From assembly GCA_039589295.1 (NCBI GenBank), contig JBDHHR010000001.1, positions 28,058 to 92,057 of the forward strand: 64,000 nt of DNA, written 5' to 3'. The stretch comes from Gemmatimonadota bacterium (lineage in GTDB: Bacteria; Gemmatimonadota; Gemmatimonadetes; Palauibacterales; Palauibacteraceae). Below, in pieces: positions 10,714 through 20,312 of the stretch. The stretch's first letter is position 1; each line of letters opens with the position of its first letter. The notes below the pieces were generated by a model that worked only from the letters and a program-made list of their open reading frames with translations, ran no database searches and was not told the origin of the DNA. The position numbers were made by a program, and so were the translations under genes.

Positions 10714-12483
10714 TCATTCCTCTGACAAGGCGGCCGCGAAATCCGAGCCGAATCCGGCGCGGCTTTCCAGATAGCGCTGAATCGGCTCCCGGACTTCCGC
10801 ACCGCTCTCGGCCTTGTACAGCCCGCGGCAGACATCGTGGAGATCGGCCGCCGACACGTTCCGGATCAGCTCTCGGATCTCGGGAAGCGCTGCCAGGGAG
10901 ACGCTGAACTTGCGATACCCCATCCCCAGCAGCAGCGAAACACCCAGCGGATCGCTGGCCAGCTCACCGCAAACGCCCAGATCCAACTCGTGGCGCGCGC
11001 AATCGCGCTCGAGGCGCGCGTACAATCGGATCAGCGCCGGATGCATCGGATCGTAAAGCCTGGCCAGCTTCGCGTTGCCCCGATCGGCCGCCATCACATA
11101 CTGGGTGAGATCGTTGGTGCCGAGGCTGACGAAGTCCACGTAAGGCGCCAGCAAGTCCAGCGTCTCAACCGCTGCGGGCGTCTCAACCATCACCCCTACG
11201 AGTATCCGTCTCCCCTTCTCCGCCGACTCGAGCGTTTCATATATCTGATGCAGGATATCGCGCGTGTTCCGAACCTCGTCCACCGTAGAAACCAACGGCA
11301 GGAGCACACGTATGTTGCCCACCTCCGCGGCGCGGACCGCCGCGCGGAGCTGGTTTCGGAACAGGTCGGGCAGATCCAGGCAGACGCGGATGGCACGCCA
11401 GCCGAGGTACGGGTTGTCCTCCTGCGGCATCGACAGGAAGATCGGGAATTTGTCTCCTCCTATGTCGAAGGTCCTGAGTGTGACCTCCTGGTCCGGGAAA
11501 GCCTCGACCACGCGCTTGTACGCACGGAACTGCTCTTCCTCGTCGGGGATCTCCCGGCGCCCGATGACCAGAAACTCCGAGCGGAACAGCCCCACGCCGT
11601 CCGCTCCGAGGCGGACCGCCTCCTCGGCTTCATGAGGAAGGTCCAGGTTGGCCTGGACGACCGTGTGCACACCGTCGGTAGTCTCCGTCGGCCGCCCCGA
11701 TACCTTCCGGAGCATCTCCCGCCGGCGGGCAGCGTGGGCCGCCGCCCGGTGGAAGCCTTCCACCTCCGGCGGAGACGGGTCGAGGCGCAACTCTCCGGTA
11801 CGCCCATCCATGAGGAGAAGGCTGCCGTCGGCGATTTCCTTGAGTTCCGCTCCCACGCCAACTACGGCCGGGATTCCGAGCGCCCTCGCCAGAAGCACGC
11901 TGTGCGAGCCGCGTGACCCGCCTGCGGTAACGATGCCCAGTGTCTGCTCGGGATCCAGTCCCGCCGCGATACTCGGCGTTATATCGTGAGCCACCAGGAT
12001 CGCGGGTTCGGTTCCGTTCGCGGCGGCCCGGGCTGGTTCCGTTCGATCCAGCAGATGGCAGAGAACGCGGATGCGGATGTCCCTCAGGTCCGCCAGGCGA
12101 TCGAGCACCATGGCGTGCACCGAGTCGTGCATTCTGACGCGCACCTCCAGCATCTGCCAATCGAACGCCCGTTCCGCCGAAAGAAAGTTGTTACGGATGT
12201 ACGCCACGGTGCCGGCGATCAACTCCGGATCCTCGATCATCATCGCCTGCGACTCGAAGACCTTGCCCTCGAACGGACCGAGCCGCCGGGTCGTCTCTTC
12301 CTGCAGGCGGGTGACCTGCTCCAGGGCCCAGGCGCGCGCTTCATCGAACCGCCTCACCTCCGCCTCCACCTCCTCCGGTCCGATCGTCCTGTGCGGTACG
12401 ACCGTTATATCCCAGTGTATCCAGCGGACCACGCCGAGAGCGCGTCCCGCAGATGCACCGACGCCCTCAACGATACTGTTCAT
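10714..12483 (-). CDS. ptsI: PTS enzyme I (PEP-protein phosphotransferase)
   Basis: Start ATG 12483. Phospho-His motif GSRGSHSVLLAR, plus GVGLFRSEF, RTFDIGGDK, MVETPAA, SLGTNDLTQY, GVCGELA. Confidence 0.95.
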   Translation of the reverse strand: MNSIVEGVGASAGRALGVVRWIHWDITVVPHRTIGPEEVEAEVRRFDEARAWALEQVTRLQEETTRRLGPFEGKVFESQAMMIEDPELIAGTVAYIRNNFLSAERAFDWQMLEVRVRMHDSVHAMVLDRLADLRDIRIRVLCHLLDRTEPARAAANGTEPAILVAHDITPSIAAGLDPEQTLGIVTAGGSRGSHSVLLARALGIPAVVGVGAELKEIADGSLLLMDGRTGELRLDPSPPEVEGFHRAAAHAARRREMLRKVSGRPTETTDGVHTVVQANLDLPHEAEEAVRLGADGVGLFRSEFLVIGRREIPDEEEQFRAYKRVVEAFPDQEVTLRTFDIGGDKFPIFLSMPQEDNPYLGWRAIRVCLDLPDLFRNQLRAAVRAAEVGNIRVLLPLVSTVDEVRNTRDILHQIYETLESAEKGRRILVGVMVETPAAVETLDLLAPYVDFVSLGTNDLTQYVMAADRGNAKLARLYDPMHPALIRLYARLERDCARHELDLGVCGELASDPLGVSLLLGMGYRKFSVSLAALPEIRELIRNVSAADLHDVCRGLYKAESGAEVREPIQRYLESRAGFGSDFAAALSEE

Positions 12484-12814
12484 CGCCCTCACCCTCGGTC
12501 TCCGATACCTCGTAGTCGCTCTCACTCTCGCCGAAATCGTTCATTACCAAGCTGCACAGGGCGCTCACGGCCTCTGCGCTGTCGCGTCCGATCGCCCTGA
12601 TCCGCAGGATGGAACCGCATTCCGCCGCCAGCATCATCACCCCCATAATGCTCTTGCCGTTCACCTCCATCCCGTCTTTCTCCAAGATGATCCGGGACTC
12701 GAACCGTGACGACAGCTTCACGAACTCCGCCGCGGGCCGGGCATGGAGCCCGTGCCGGTTGCGAATCGTAACCGTGCGCGCCTTTTCCTTCCCGTCCTTC
12801 TCGCCCGAGGTCAT
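12467..12814 (-). CDS. ptsH: Phosphocarrier protein HPr with an acidic C-terminal tail
   Basis: GLHARPA (His15 equivalent) and NGKSIMGVMML (Ser46 equivalent). Confidence 0.95.
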   Translation of the reverse strand: MTSGEKDGKEKARTVTIRNRHGLHARPAAEFVKLSSRFESRIILEKDGMEVNGKSIMGVMMLAAECGSILRIRAIGRDSAEAVSALCSLVMNDFGESESDYEVSETEGEGDEQYR

Positions 12815-13572
12815 CAGTTCAGACCTGCCTCAGCCAGAAGCCACACGACGGGAATCGACAGAAGGAGGCCTACCGCCAACCGGCCGCCGCGGCGAGGCCA
12901 GCGGAAGGCCAGCACGCCGAAGAGCACCCCTCCGGCTAGCAACGCCCACGGCACTGGTCCATACTGCGCCTGCCGCACCAGCACCCGGCCAGCGATCACT
13001 GCCGCCGCCCCCAGTAGCAGCATGTTCGCAGGCCCGAGCTTCCCCGCCGCGCGGTCGAGCCATGACTCGTGGAGAATCCGGCCTACGTCCAGCCCGGCCT
13101 CCCAGCCCCGGACGAACGCCCAGGCCCGCAAATAGAGGTGGCCAGCATTGTACAGGATCAGGAAGGCCGCGGCAGCAGCTACCGGACTGATGCCGAGACC
13201 GAACAGGACTGCGGCCACCAGGAGGCAGAACGGCCTCCACTCAGCCCACACGACCCGGTCGCCCAGGGTGCCCAGCGGGCCGCGTAGCGCCGTCCGGAAC
13301 CTGTCAACCGTCTCCACCTCTACCCTATCATACTCCAGGCGGGCCAGTGCTCCGACGGCCATCGCACACAGGTACGGATGTCCGTTGAACGAGCGCATGT
13401 TTCGCTCTACGGAATCACGCAGGCCGACAGGATCGCCAGCGTGGATGCGTCGCAAGAGCGGCAGCATTCCGTAGGCGATTCCGGGACCGACCAGCGTGCG
13501 GTAGTTCCACGATCCCTGGACCGCGAAAGTCCGCCACCAAGCGGCGAGCCGGTCTGATCGCTGGGGCATCAT
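12814..13572 (-). CDS. PTS mannose/fructose/sorbose-family IID component
   Basis: QGSWNYRTL..G, FNGHPY, LRGPLGTLGD, LILYN, followed by TM helices. Confidence 0.85.
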   Translation of the reverse strand: MMPQRSDRLAAWWRTFAVQGSWNYRTLVGPGIAYGMLPLLRRIHAGDPVGLRDSVERNMRSFNGHPYLCAMAVGALARLEYDRVEVETVDRFRTALRGPLGTLGDRVVWAEWRPFCLLVAAVLFGLGISPVAAAAAFLILYNAGHLYLRAWAFVRGWEAGLDVGRILHESWLDRAAGKLGPANMLLLGAAAVIAGRVLVRQAQYGPVPWALLAGGVLFGVLAFRWPRRGGRLAVGLLLSIPVVWLLAEAGLN

Positions 13573-14273
13573 GTCGCGACCGCCATTACCAGACCCGTCA
13601 CCCCCGCGCCAGCCAGCAGCAGAGGCCAGCCCTTGATGCCGAACGCCGTGACGCGGGCGGAAGCTCCCGCGGAGCCCGCTACGCTCAGCAGGATGGCCGC
13701 CATGGCGTAACCGAGTACTCTCGGCTGCGCGGGGCCCGCCGCTGCCAGCCTCGTCATGGCGGCTACCGGAATGAGAAAGGCAGCCACCAGAATACAGCCT
13801 CGAGCGAAATCCAATCCCATGGCCAGCCGATGTCGCCGCTCCAGGCGCTTCGGGCGAGCCGCTAGATCCTCAACTGGGCTGAGAAGGTGCTCGTTCAGCC
13901 GTCGCCGGGCATACACGCTGAGCGCACCGATCCACCCCATTGTCCATCCGCTGATCAGGGCCGTGACCAGGGCGCCGGTCCCACTGCCGCCGGCTGCCGC
14001 GAAGCCGGCTCCGGCCACCAGCCCCGCCGGACCCGTGTCCGGATACCGGGCCGCCCCCAGTGGCGGATGCCGCATCGCGTCAATCTCCAGGATCAATCCG
14101 ACAATGAAACCCGCCCCCGCGTTTCCGAGAACCGCTCCCCCGACCGTGGCGGACACCAGCGGACGCGAGATCATGATCTGCGGCCATGACACCGCGTCCA
14201 GTCCCAGCAACCCTCCGGCAACCACCAGGGCCAGCCATATCCCCGGTGTGAGCGCCAGATCACTCAACTCCAT
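13569..14273 (-). CDS. PTS mannose/fructose/sorbose-family IIC component
   Basis: LGLD...QIMISRPLV...GAVLG, LGAARYPD. Hydrophobic; lies between IIB and IID. Confidence 0.8.
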   Translation of the reverse strand: MELSDLALTPGIWLALVVAGGLLGLDAVSWPQIMISRPLVSATVGGAVLGNAGAGFIVGLILEIDAMRHPPLGAARYPDTGPAGLVAGAGFAAAGGSGTGALVTALISGWTMGWIGALSVYARRRLNEHLLSPVEDLAARPKRLERRHRLAMGLDFARGCILVAAFLIPVAAMTRLAAAGPAQPRVLGYAMAAILLSVAGSAGASARVTAFGIKGWPLLLAGAGVTGLVMAVAT

Positions 14274-14748
14274 GCAACAGCTCTCTCAGTTCGATCTCCG
14301 TCGATACGGGCAGATCCCTGGCCGTGACCCTCCGGGACGAGGCGTCGATGACTCGCAGGTCCTCCGCCTCCTCTCTCCGCAGGTACACATAGTCCGCCAC
14401 TCTCCTTCGCCCTTCCCCGCCGTGCAGACCCCCAACGTTCACGCGACGGTCTCGCAGGAAGTCGGCCTCGGCGAGCTTCCTCATCGCTCTCGTGCCACGG
14501 GTTATCAGCGCGCCGCGGCCCGGCAGGCCGTCAAGCTCTGTGAAGCGGGCGACCGCGTCCGCAGCGGAGACGAAGAACACCCGAATTCCGTCGGGAAGGC
14601 CTGCCGCGTACAGGTCCTGTTCCCACGGGCTGCCGGCCACCTCGTCATCTACCACGACGTAATAGCCGAGGCCCAGGCGCATGCCCCAGCCCACGACCAC
14701 CTGACCATGCAGGAGACGCTCGTCAATCCGGAACAGCTCGAGAGGCAT
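14260..14748 (-). CDS. PTS mannose/sorbose-family IIB component
   Basis: Start ATG 14748. RIDERLLHGQV (phospho-His motif), VNVGG. Confidence 0.9.
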   Translation of the reverse strand: MPLELFRIDERLLHGQVVVGWGMRLGLGYYVVVDDEVAGSPWEQDLYAAGLPDGIRVFFVSAADAVARFTELDGLPGRGALITRGTRAMRKLAEADFLRDRRVNVGGLHGGEGRRRVADYVYLRREEAEDLRVIDASSRRVTARDLPVSTEIELRELLHGVE

Positions 14749-15136
14749 CGTCCAGCGTCGAAGGCAGAAACGCCCGGGTGCCGGCATGCCCCTTCTCCAC
14801 CAGGCGTCCGGCGAGCTTACCCAGGGACATGTGGCGGTGAAACAGGAAATCGAGCAGGAGCGGCAGACTGACCCCTGTGATGACCGCTATGTTACTTGAT
14901 TGTTCCGCGACGGAACGGCTCGCGAAACCACAGCTTCCGCTGATCAGATCAACGAACACGATGCATGGGCCCTCGCCGGCCGCAGCTGCGATCCGTCGGT
15001 GCAGATCACCCGGCGAACAACCCTCGTTGGAGACGGGCGTCAGGGCGCCAGTCATGCCCGAGATCTTCTCCGCCACCCCCACCAGCGCGCCGGCGAGATC
15101 GGCGTGAGCTACTACGACGCCGGCCACGTCACTCAT
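14723..15136 (-). CDS. PTS mannose-family IIA component
   Basis: VVVAHADLA, VFVDLISGS, ITGVSLPLLL. Confidence 0.88.
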   Translation of the reverse strand: MSDVAGVVVAHADLAGALVGVAEKISGMTGALTPVSNEGCSPGDLHRRIAAAAGEGPCIVFVDLISGSCGFASRSVAEQSSNIAVITGVSLPLLLDFLFHRHMSLGKLAGRLVEKGHAGTRAFLPSTLDDASRAVPD

Positions 15137-16088
15137 AGTCCTCCTCGAGGTAGTCGCGCACCGGCTGCATCAGGGCCTTCAGGTTCTGGTTGAACAGGCT
15201 CGCGCTGTCGACTCCCGCGTAACGCAGCAGATGATTCATGGCCACGACCTCGCTGATCACGGTGATGTTCTTACCCGGATTCAGCGGAATCACGACCCTG
15301 GGAACGTCGATCCCGAGGATCTCCGTTTGCTCCCGTTCCAGACCTGTGCGATCGTACGAAGAGCTGTCACGCCAGTGCTCGAGCTGGACGACGACCTCGA
15401 TGCGCTTCTGTTGCCGGACGGCGCGAATCCCGAAGAGGGCGCGCACGTCTATGATGCCGACCCCGCGGATCTCCATGTGGTGCTGCTGGTGCTCATGGCC
15501 TCTACCGATGAGCACGTCGACGCCGCGCTTGCGCACAACCACCACGTCGTCCGCCACCAGCCGGTGCCCACGCTCCACCAGATCCAGAACGCACTCGCTC
15601 TTGCCGATTCCACTGGCGCCTACGAACAGCAAGCCCACCCCGTACACGTCCGCAAGTGAGCCATGGATCGCCGTCGAGGGAGCGAACTCGTCTTCGAGGA
15701 ACGGCTTGATACGCCGGAAGAACTCCCCGGTCTTGAGACTCGATCTGAGCAACGGAATGCCGCGGCCGTTCGCCAACGCGACCAGCTCGGGTGGCGGTTC
15801 CTGAGCCTTGGTGAGGAAGACGCACGGCGGCTCGAAGTCCAGCAATTCCAAGAGAACCATCTCTCGCCGGCCGCCATCCAGCGACGCGAGATACATCACC
15901 TCAGTCTCACCCAGAACCTGCATGCGCCCCCTCGGGAAGCGCTCGGTGAAGCCGGCCAGTACTAGGCCCGGGCTCGAGATGTCGGCGCTTCCCACCTCTC
16001 GCGCCAGTCCATCCTCGCCCGCCACAAGCTGCAGGTCGAGTGCCTCCCGCCGGTATTCCAGAACGTCCTTGACGGTCAGTACGCTCAC
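15129..16088 (-). CDS. hprK: HPr kinase/phosphorylase
   Basis: HGSLADVYGVGLLFVGASGIGKSECVLDLVERGHRLVADD, MEIRGVGIIDV, PGKNIT. Confidence 0.96.
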   Translation of the reverse strand: MSVLTVKDVLEYRREALDLQLVAGEDGLAREVGSADISSPGLVLAGFTERFPRGRMQVLGETEVMYLASLDGGRREMVLLELLDFEPPCVFLTKAQEPPPELVALANGRGIPLLRSSLKTGEFFRRIKPFLEDEFAPSTAIHGSLADVYGVGLLFVGASGIGKSECVLDLVERGHRLVADDVVVVRKRGVDVLIGRGHEHQQHHMEIRGVGIIDVRALFGIRAVRQQKRIEVVVQLEHWRDSSSYDRTGLEREQTEILGIDVPRVVIPLNPGKNITVISEVVAMNHLLRYAGVDSASLFNQNLKALMQPVRDYLEEDYE

Positions 16089-16420
16089 CCGTCGCCTTCC
16101 TCCACGGCCATCATGAGGTCGGTTCCCTGCTTGCGGTCGCGTCTGCGCGATCGCCGCTTCTTCAGCTGGCGCGACAGCTTATCGGACAGTCGGTCCACCG
16201 CGGAGCGGAAATCAGGAGCTTCAGCCCGGCCGTGTACGGGCGCTTCCCGGTCAATGCTCAGATTCGCCTCCGCGATACAGCGATTCTTCTCCTCAAGGAG
16301 AGTTACCTCGGCACGGGTGATGCTCGACTCGAACTTCGACAACCGTCCGAACTGCTCCTCCACCCGTCGACGTACGGTCTCTGCCACCTCCACGTTCCTG
16401 GCTGAGAAGATGATCTGCAT
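16085..16420 (-). CDS. hpf: Ribosome hibernation promoting factor (RaiA/HPF)
   Basis: MQIIFSARNVEV...FRSAVDRLSDKLSRQLKK; position upstream of hprK is typical. Confidence 0.88.
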   Translation of the reverse strand: MQIIFSARNVEVAETVRRRVEEQFGRLSKFESSITRAEVTLLEEKNRCIAEANLSIDREAPVHGRAEAPDFRSAVDRLSDKLSRQLKKRRSRRRDRKQGTDLMMAVEEGDG

Positions 16421-16432
16421 CGCTTTCCTCCT

Positions 16433-17542
16433 CTAGGGTTTCGCCAAGGATTGCAAGATACGCTCCGTATCGCGCGCCGTCGCCTCCCACGTGTAGCGAG
16501 CAGCGTGCTCTACCCCCATGCCTCCGAGCGCCTCGCGCAATGTTTCATCTCTGCAGATGCGTCCGAGCCGGTCCGCCCACCCGTCGATATCTTCGTGCGG
16601 CACCAGGAAGCCGGTGACTCCATCCGCCACCGACTCCCGCAGGCCGGGGGAATCGCTGGCCACCGACGGCGTGCCGCAGGCTGCAGCTTCGACATTGGTG
16701 ATCCCCCATCCTTCCTTGGGAGAAGGGTACACGTTCGCCCAGCATTTCTGCAGAATGTCGACCTTTTCGTCCTCAGGGACATAGCCGAGGAACTCCACCT
16801 GCTCCTGAAGGCCAAGCCGGTTTGACAGCCCCTCGAGCCAGCTCCGGTCGTCGCCACGCCCGACGATCAGGAAGCGAACGAAAAGCTCTGTGTCGCGCAG
16901 GCGGGCGAGGGCTCGCAGGATCACGTCGATCCCCTTATAACGCCGCAATCTGCCTACGTACGCGATTGTCGGCTGCTCGTATCGGATCCGGTCAGCCGGC
17001 ACCCGGAACGTTTCATGGTCCAGGCCGGGGTGACTGACATGGATGCGGGAGCGGTCGAATCCGCGGTCCGCCATATCGGAGGCCGTGCTCTCGGAGATGA
17101 CCACGAACGCGACATCGCGGTACGCGAGAGGCATCAATCGTTCCGCGGTCCACACCGTCGCGGCTACTGGGAACGCTTCCTGGCGAAAGGCGGTCGTACC
17201 GAAGAGATGGGGTACTATGCCCACAACCGGGATACGTGACCACAGAGTCGTGAAGAGAGGCAGCTTGTTGATGTCCTCCACCACGATGTCGAAGCTGCCG
17301 GCTGCGAGAATGTCCTGGAATCTCAGGCGGGCGAACAGCGGAAAGGTGTACCGGGTACCGGTGCGAAACACCTGCATGCCGTCCACTTCGTCCTCGAGCC
17401 TGGCCCCGGGCCAACCGGAGACGAGGAGGGTGACCTCGTGTCCCCACAGGACCAGCCGCTTGAAGATCTCGTGCAGATGGACCTCCGCGCCCCCGGCCCA
17501 CGGGTTGGTTCGATCCTGCCAATTCACGACGAGCACGCGCAC
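16433..17542 (-). CDS. Glycosyltransferase family 4
   Basis: NPWAGGAEVH, YVGRLRRYKG, PSPKEGWGITNVEAAACGTP. Confidence 0.9.
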   Translation of the reverse strand: MRVLVVNWQDRTNPWAGGAEVHLHEIFKRLVLWGHEVTLLVSGWPGARLEDEVDGMQVFRTGTRYTFPLFARLRFQDILAAGSFDIVVEDINKLPLFTTLWSRIPVVGIVPHLFGTTAFRQEAFPVAATVWTAERLMPLAYRDVAFVVISESTASDMADRGFDRSRIHVSHPGLDHETFRVPADRIRYEQPTIAYVGRLRRYKGIDVILRALARLRDTELFVRFLIVGRGDDRSWLEGLSNRLGLQEQVEFLGYVPEDEKVDILQKCWANVYPSPKEGWGITNVEAAACGTPSVASDSPGLRESVADGVTGFLVPHEDIDGWADRLGRICRDETLREALGGMGVEHAARYTWEATARDTERILQSLAKP

Positions 17543-17562
17543 GGTGCCGCTACCGCTGCGCC

Positions 17563-17988
17563 TCAGCCCACCACCGGTGTGCTCCGACTGACGGCATCGA
17601 GCACTCCGTTGACGAATCGTGGACTCTCGACGCTCCCGTACTTTTCGGCGAGCTGAATGGCCTCGTGGATGGCTACCTTCGGCGGTACGTCGGGGAAACG
17701 CAGGAGCTCGACGGTGCCTATTCGCAGGATGTTGCGGTCGACGGTCGAGAGGCGTTCCAGCCTCCAGTTGGGCATCGTCTCTTCCAGTCGCCTGTCACAC
17801 TCCGCCAAGCTTCCGCCCAATGCGGCGAGCAGCCGTCCGATGTAGGGCCGGTATCGCTCGGCTACCCTGCGTCCCTCGAGCACCCGCTCGCCGAACTCCG
17901 GTAGGGAACCGCCACCTGCGATCTCCCACGCATACAGGATCTGGAGAACCCAACTGCGAGAGCGAGATCTTGGATTCCTGGCTCTCAT
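17563..17988 (-). CDS. nusB: Transcription antitermination factor NusB
   Basis: Start ATG 17988 (ATGA overlap with ribH). WRLERLSTVDRNILR, VAIHEAIQLAEKYG, FVNGVLD. Confidence 0.93.
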   Translation of the reverse strand: MRARNPRSRSRSWVLQILYAWEIAGGGSLPEFGERVLEGRRVAERYRPYIGRLLAALGGSLAECDRRLEETMPNWRLERLSTVDRNILRIGTVELLRFPDVPPKVAIHEAIQLAEKYGSVESPRFVNGVLDAVSRSTPVVG

Positions 17989-18449
17989 CCGAGGCGGGAC
18001 GCCAGAGCGCACATCTCCAGTGCGGCCCTCGCGGCCTCCTCTCCCTTGTTGCCCTTCGCACCGCCAGCCCGGGCAAGGGCCTGCTCGCCCGTGTCGGTCG
18101 TCAGCAGACCGAAGCCAACGGGAACCCCGACATCTCGTGCCGCTGCCTCGAGACCGACCGTGGCGGCCAGCGAGACGTACTCGAAATGGGGCGTCTGACC
18201 GCGGATCACGCAGCCCAGAGCGATGACGCCATCGTACGTGCCGCGCGCCACCGCGAGCCGCACCCCTTGCGGAAGCTCCCACGCGCCCGGCACACAGACC
18301 GTGTCGATGTCGTCGGGCCGGACACCTCCCTCGATAAGGCAGCCGCGCGCTCCCGTTTCCAGTCGCTCGGTGACGGTGGCGTTGAAACGGCTCACTACCA
18401 GGCAGAATCTCCTTCCCTCGCCCCTCGCCCCTTCAGCAAGGAACCTCAT
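17985..18449 (-). CDS. ribH: 6,7-dimethyl-8-ribityllumazine synthase
   Basis: VVSRFN, VPGAWELP, ALGCVIRGQTPHFEYV, GNKG. Confidence 0.96.
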   Translation of the reverse strand: MRFLAEGARGEGRRFCLVVSRFNATVTERLETGARGCLIEGGVRPDDIDTVCVPGAWELPQGVRLAVARGTYDGVIALGCVIRGQTPHFEYVSLAATVGLEAAARDVGVPVGFGLLTTDTGEQALARAGGAKGNKGEEAARAALEMCALASRLG

Positions 18450-19666
18450 GACGAGCTCAGGAGATGCCCCAGCTTCCGCCGCTTGGCCTGTAGATACTCA
18501 TGGTTGGCGTGCGTCGACTCGACTTCCAGCGGAACCCGGTCGGTTATCGTCAGTCCGAAGCCCTCCAGGCCAGTGAGCTTCTTGGGGTTGTTGGTCATGA
18601 TGCGGATCGTCTCCAGGCCGAGATCGAGCAGGATCTGAGCCCCGATGCCGTAGTTACGAAGGTCCGGCGGGAAGCCGAGGATTTCGTTGGCCTCCACGGT
18701 GTCGTGGCCACTGTCCTGAAGCTCGTATGCGCGCAGCTTGTTGAGCAGGCCGATGCCGCGTCCCTCCTGATCCAGGTACACGATGACTCCACGGCCCTCT
18801 TCCGCCACGCGCCGCATCGCGGCGGCGAGCTGCGGTCCGCAGTCGCATCGGACCGAGCCGAACACGTCCCCCGTCAGACACTTTGAATGCACCCGAACCA
18901 GCACGTCGCTCTCGTTCTCCACATCGCCGCGCACCAGCGCTACGTGCTCACGATCGTCCACGTTGTTGCTGTAGCCGATGACTTGGAACTCTCCGTACGG
19001 GGTCGGCAGCGCTGCTTCCGCGACCCGCTGGACCAGCCGCTCGTGCTTCAACCGATAGGCGATGATCTGCGCCACCGTGATGAACGGCATGTTGTGCTTG
19101 CTCGAGAACTCCTCCAACTGCGGCCGGCGAGCCATGGTGCCGTCGGAGTTCAGGATTTCGCAGATCACGCCCGCCGGCCTGACTCCCGCCAGGCGCGCCA
19201 GGTCCACTGACGCCTCCGTCTGGCCGACGCGCTGCAGGACTCCGCCGGGCTTGGCCCGAAGGGGAAACACATGCCCCGGGCGAATAAGATCGGCAGGCGT
19301 ACACGCCGGATCCACCGCCACCACGATCGTGCGCGCCCGGTCGGCGGCGCTGATCCCGGTCGACACCCCCAGGTCCGAGCGGGCGTCGATGGAGACGGTG
19401 AACGCCGTTCCGTTCGGGTCCCTTCCCCGCCCGTCGGACATGAGCGGCAGGTCGAGGCGGTCCGCCATCTCGGGTGCCAGGGTGAGGCAGACCAAGCCCC
19501 GCCCATGAGTCGCCATGAAGTTGATCGTCTCGGCGGTCACCTTCTCCGCCGCGCATACGAGATCCCCTTCGTTTTCCCTGTCCTCGTCGTCGGCTACGAT
19601 CACGAGGCCACCGTCTCGTACTACGGCGATCGCTTCCTCAACTCTCTTATCGTCATGCGACAACAC
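18446..19666 (-). CDS. ribBA: Bifunctional DHBP synthase / GTP cyclohydrolase II
   Basis: DDEDRENEGDL, RPGHVFPL, GQTEASVDL, RVHSKCLTGDVFGSVRCDCG, QEGRGIGL, TNNPKK. Confidence 0.96.
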   Translation of the reverse strand: MLSHDDKRVEEAIAVVRDGGLVIVADDEDRENEGDLVCAAEKVTAETINFMATHGRGLVCLTLAPEMADRLDLPLMSDGRGRDPNGTAFTVSIDARSDLGVSTGISAADRARTIVVAVDPACTPADLIRPGHVFPLRAKPGGVLQRVGQTEASVDLARLAGVRPAGVICEILNSDGTMARRPQLEEFSSKHNMPFITVAQIIAYRLKHERLVQRVAEAALPTPYGEFQVIGYSNNVDDREHVALVRGDVENESDVLVRVHSKCLTGDVFGSVRCDCGPQLAAAMRRVAEEGRGVIVYLDQEGRGIGLLNKLRAYELQDSGHDTVEANEILGFPPDLRNYGIGAQILLDLGLETIRIMTNNPKKLTGLEGFGLTITDRVPLEVESTHANHEYLQAKRRKLGHLLSSS

Positions 19667-19697
19667 TTAACATACTCCGCGTCTGACGAAACCGTGC

Positions 19698-20312
19698 TCA
19701 GCTCCGAGCCGCATCTTCAATTCGGTACGGCTCCAGAAGCCGGTCGACATATTTGCCGATCATGTCAGCCTCGAGGTTCACCTGCTTGTCGAGCGCAAGG
19801 CGGTCGACGTTAGTATGACTCCATGTATACGGAATGATTGCGACTTCCGCGATATCCTGAAAGAGACGGTTGACCGTCAGGCTGATGCCGTCCATGGCAA
19901 TGGATCCGTACAGCACTGTCAGCCGGGCCACATCCGGTGGTATTCTGAAGCGAAGGAACACGGTCTCGCCGGCTCGTTCCACCTCCGTCATCTCGCCTAC
20001 CCCGTCGACGTGTCCCTGTACCAGGTGTCCACCCATGGGTTGGCCAGCCCTGATGGCCCGCTCCAGGTTAATCCGCCTGCCCGGCGCGAACTGGCCGAGC
20101 GTCGTCCGGGACAGGGTCGTACGAATCGACTCGAAACTGAACTCGTCTTCCGTTACCTCGAAGACCGTATGGCACACGCCGTCGACCGCCACGCTCTCGC
20201 CATCGTCCAGCTTCTCGGCAAAGCCCGGCGCCCTCGCCCGGAACCTTATCCCTTCATCGAATGCATCGCGGCCGACGATTGCACCGACCGTCTCAACCAG
20301 TCCTGTGAACAT
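19698..20312 (-). CDS. ribE: Riboflavin synthase (alpha)
   Basis: MFTGLVE, SVAVDGVC, NLERA...GGHLVQGHVDG, GSIAMDGISLTVN. Confidence 0.96.
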   Translation of the reverse strand: MFTGLVETVGAIVGRDAFDEGIRFRARAPGFAEKLDDGESVAVDGVCHTVFEVTEDEFSFESIRTTLSRTTLGQFAPGRRINLERAIRAGQPMGGHLVQGHVDGVGEMTEVERAGETVFLRFRIPPDVARLTVLYGSIAMDGISLTVNRLFQDIAEVAIIPYTWSHTNVDRLALDKQVNLEADMIGKYVDRLLEPYRIEDAARS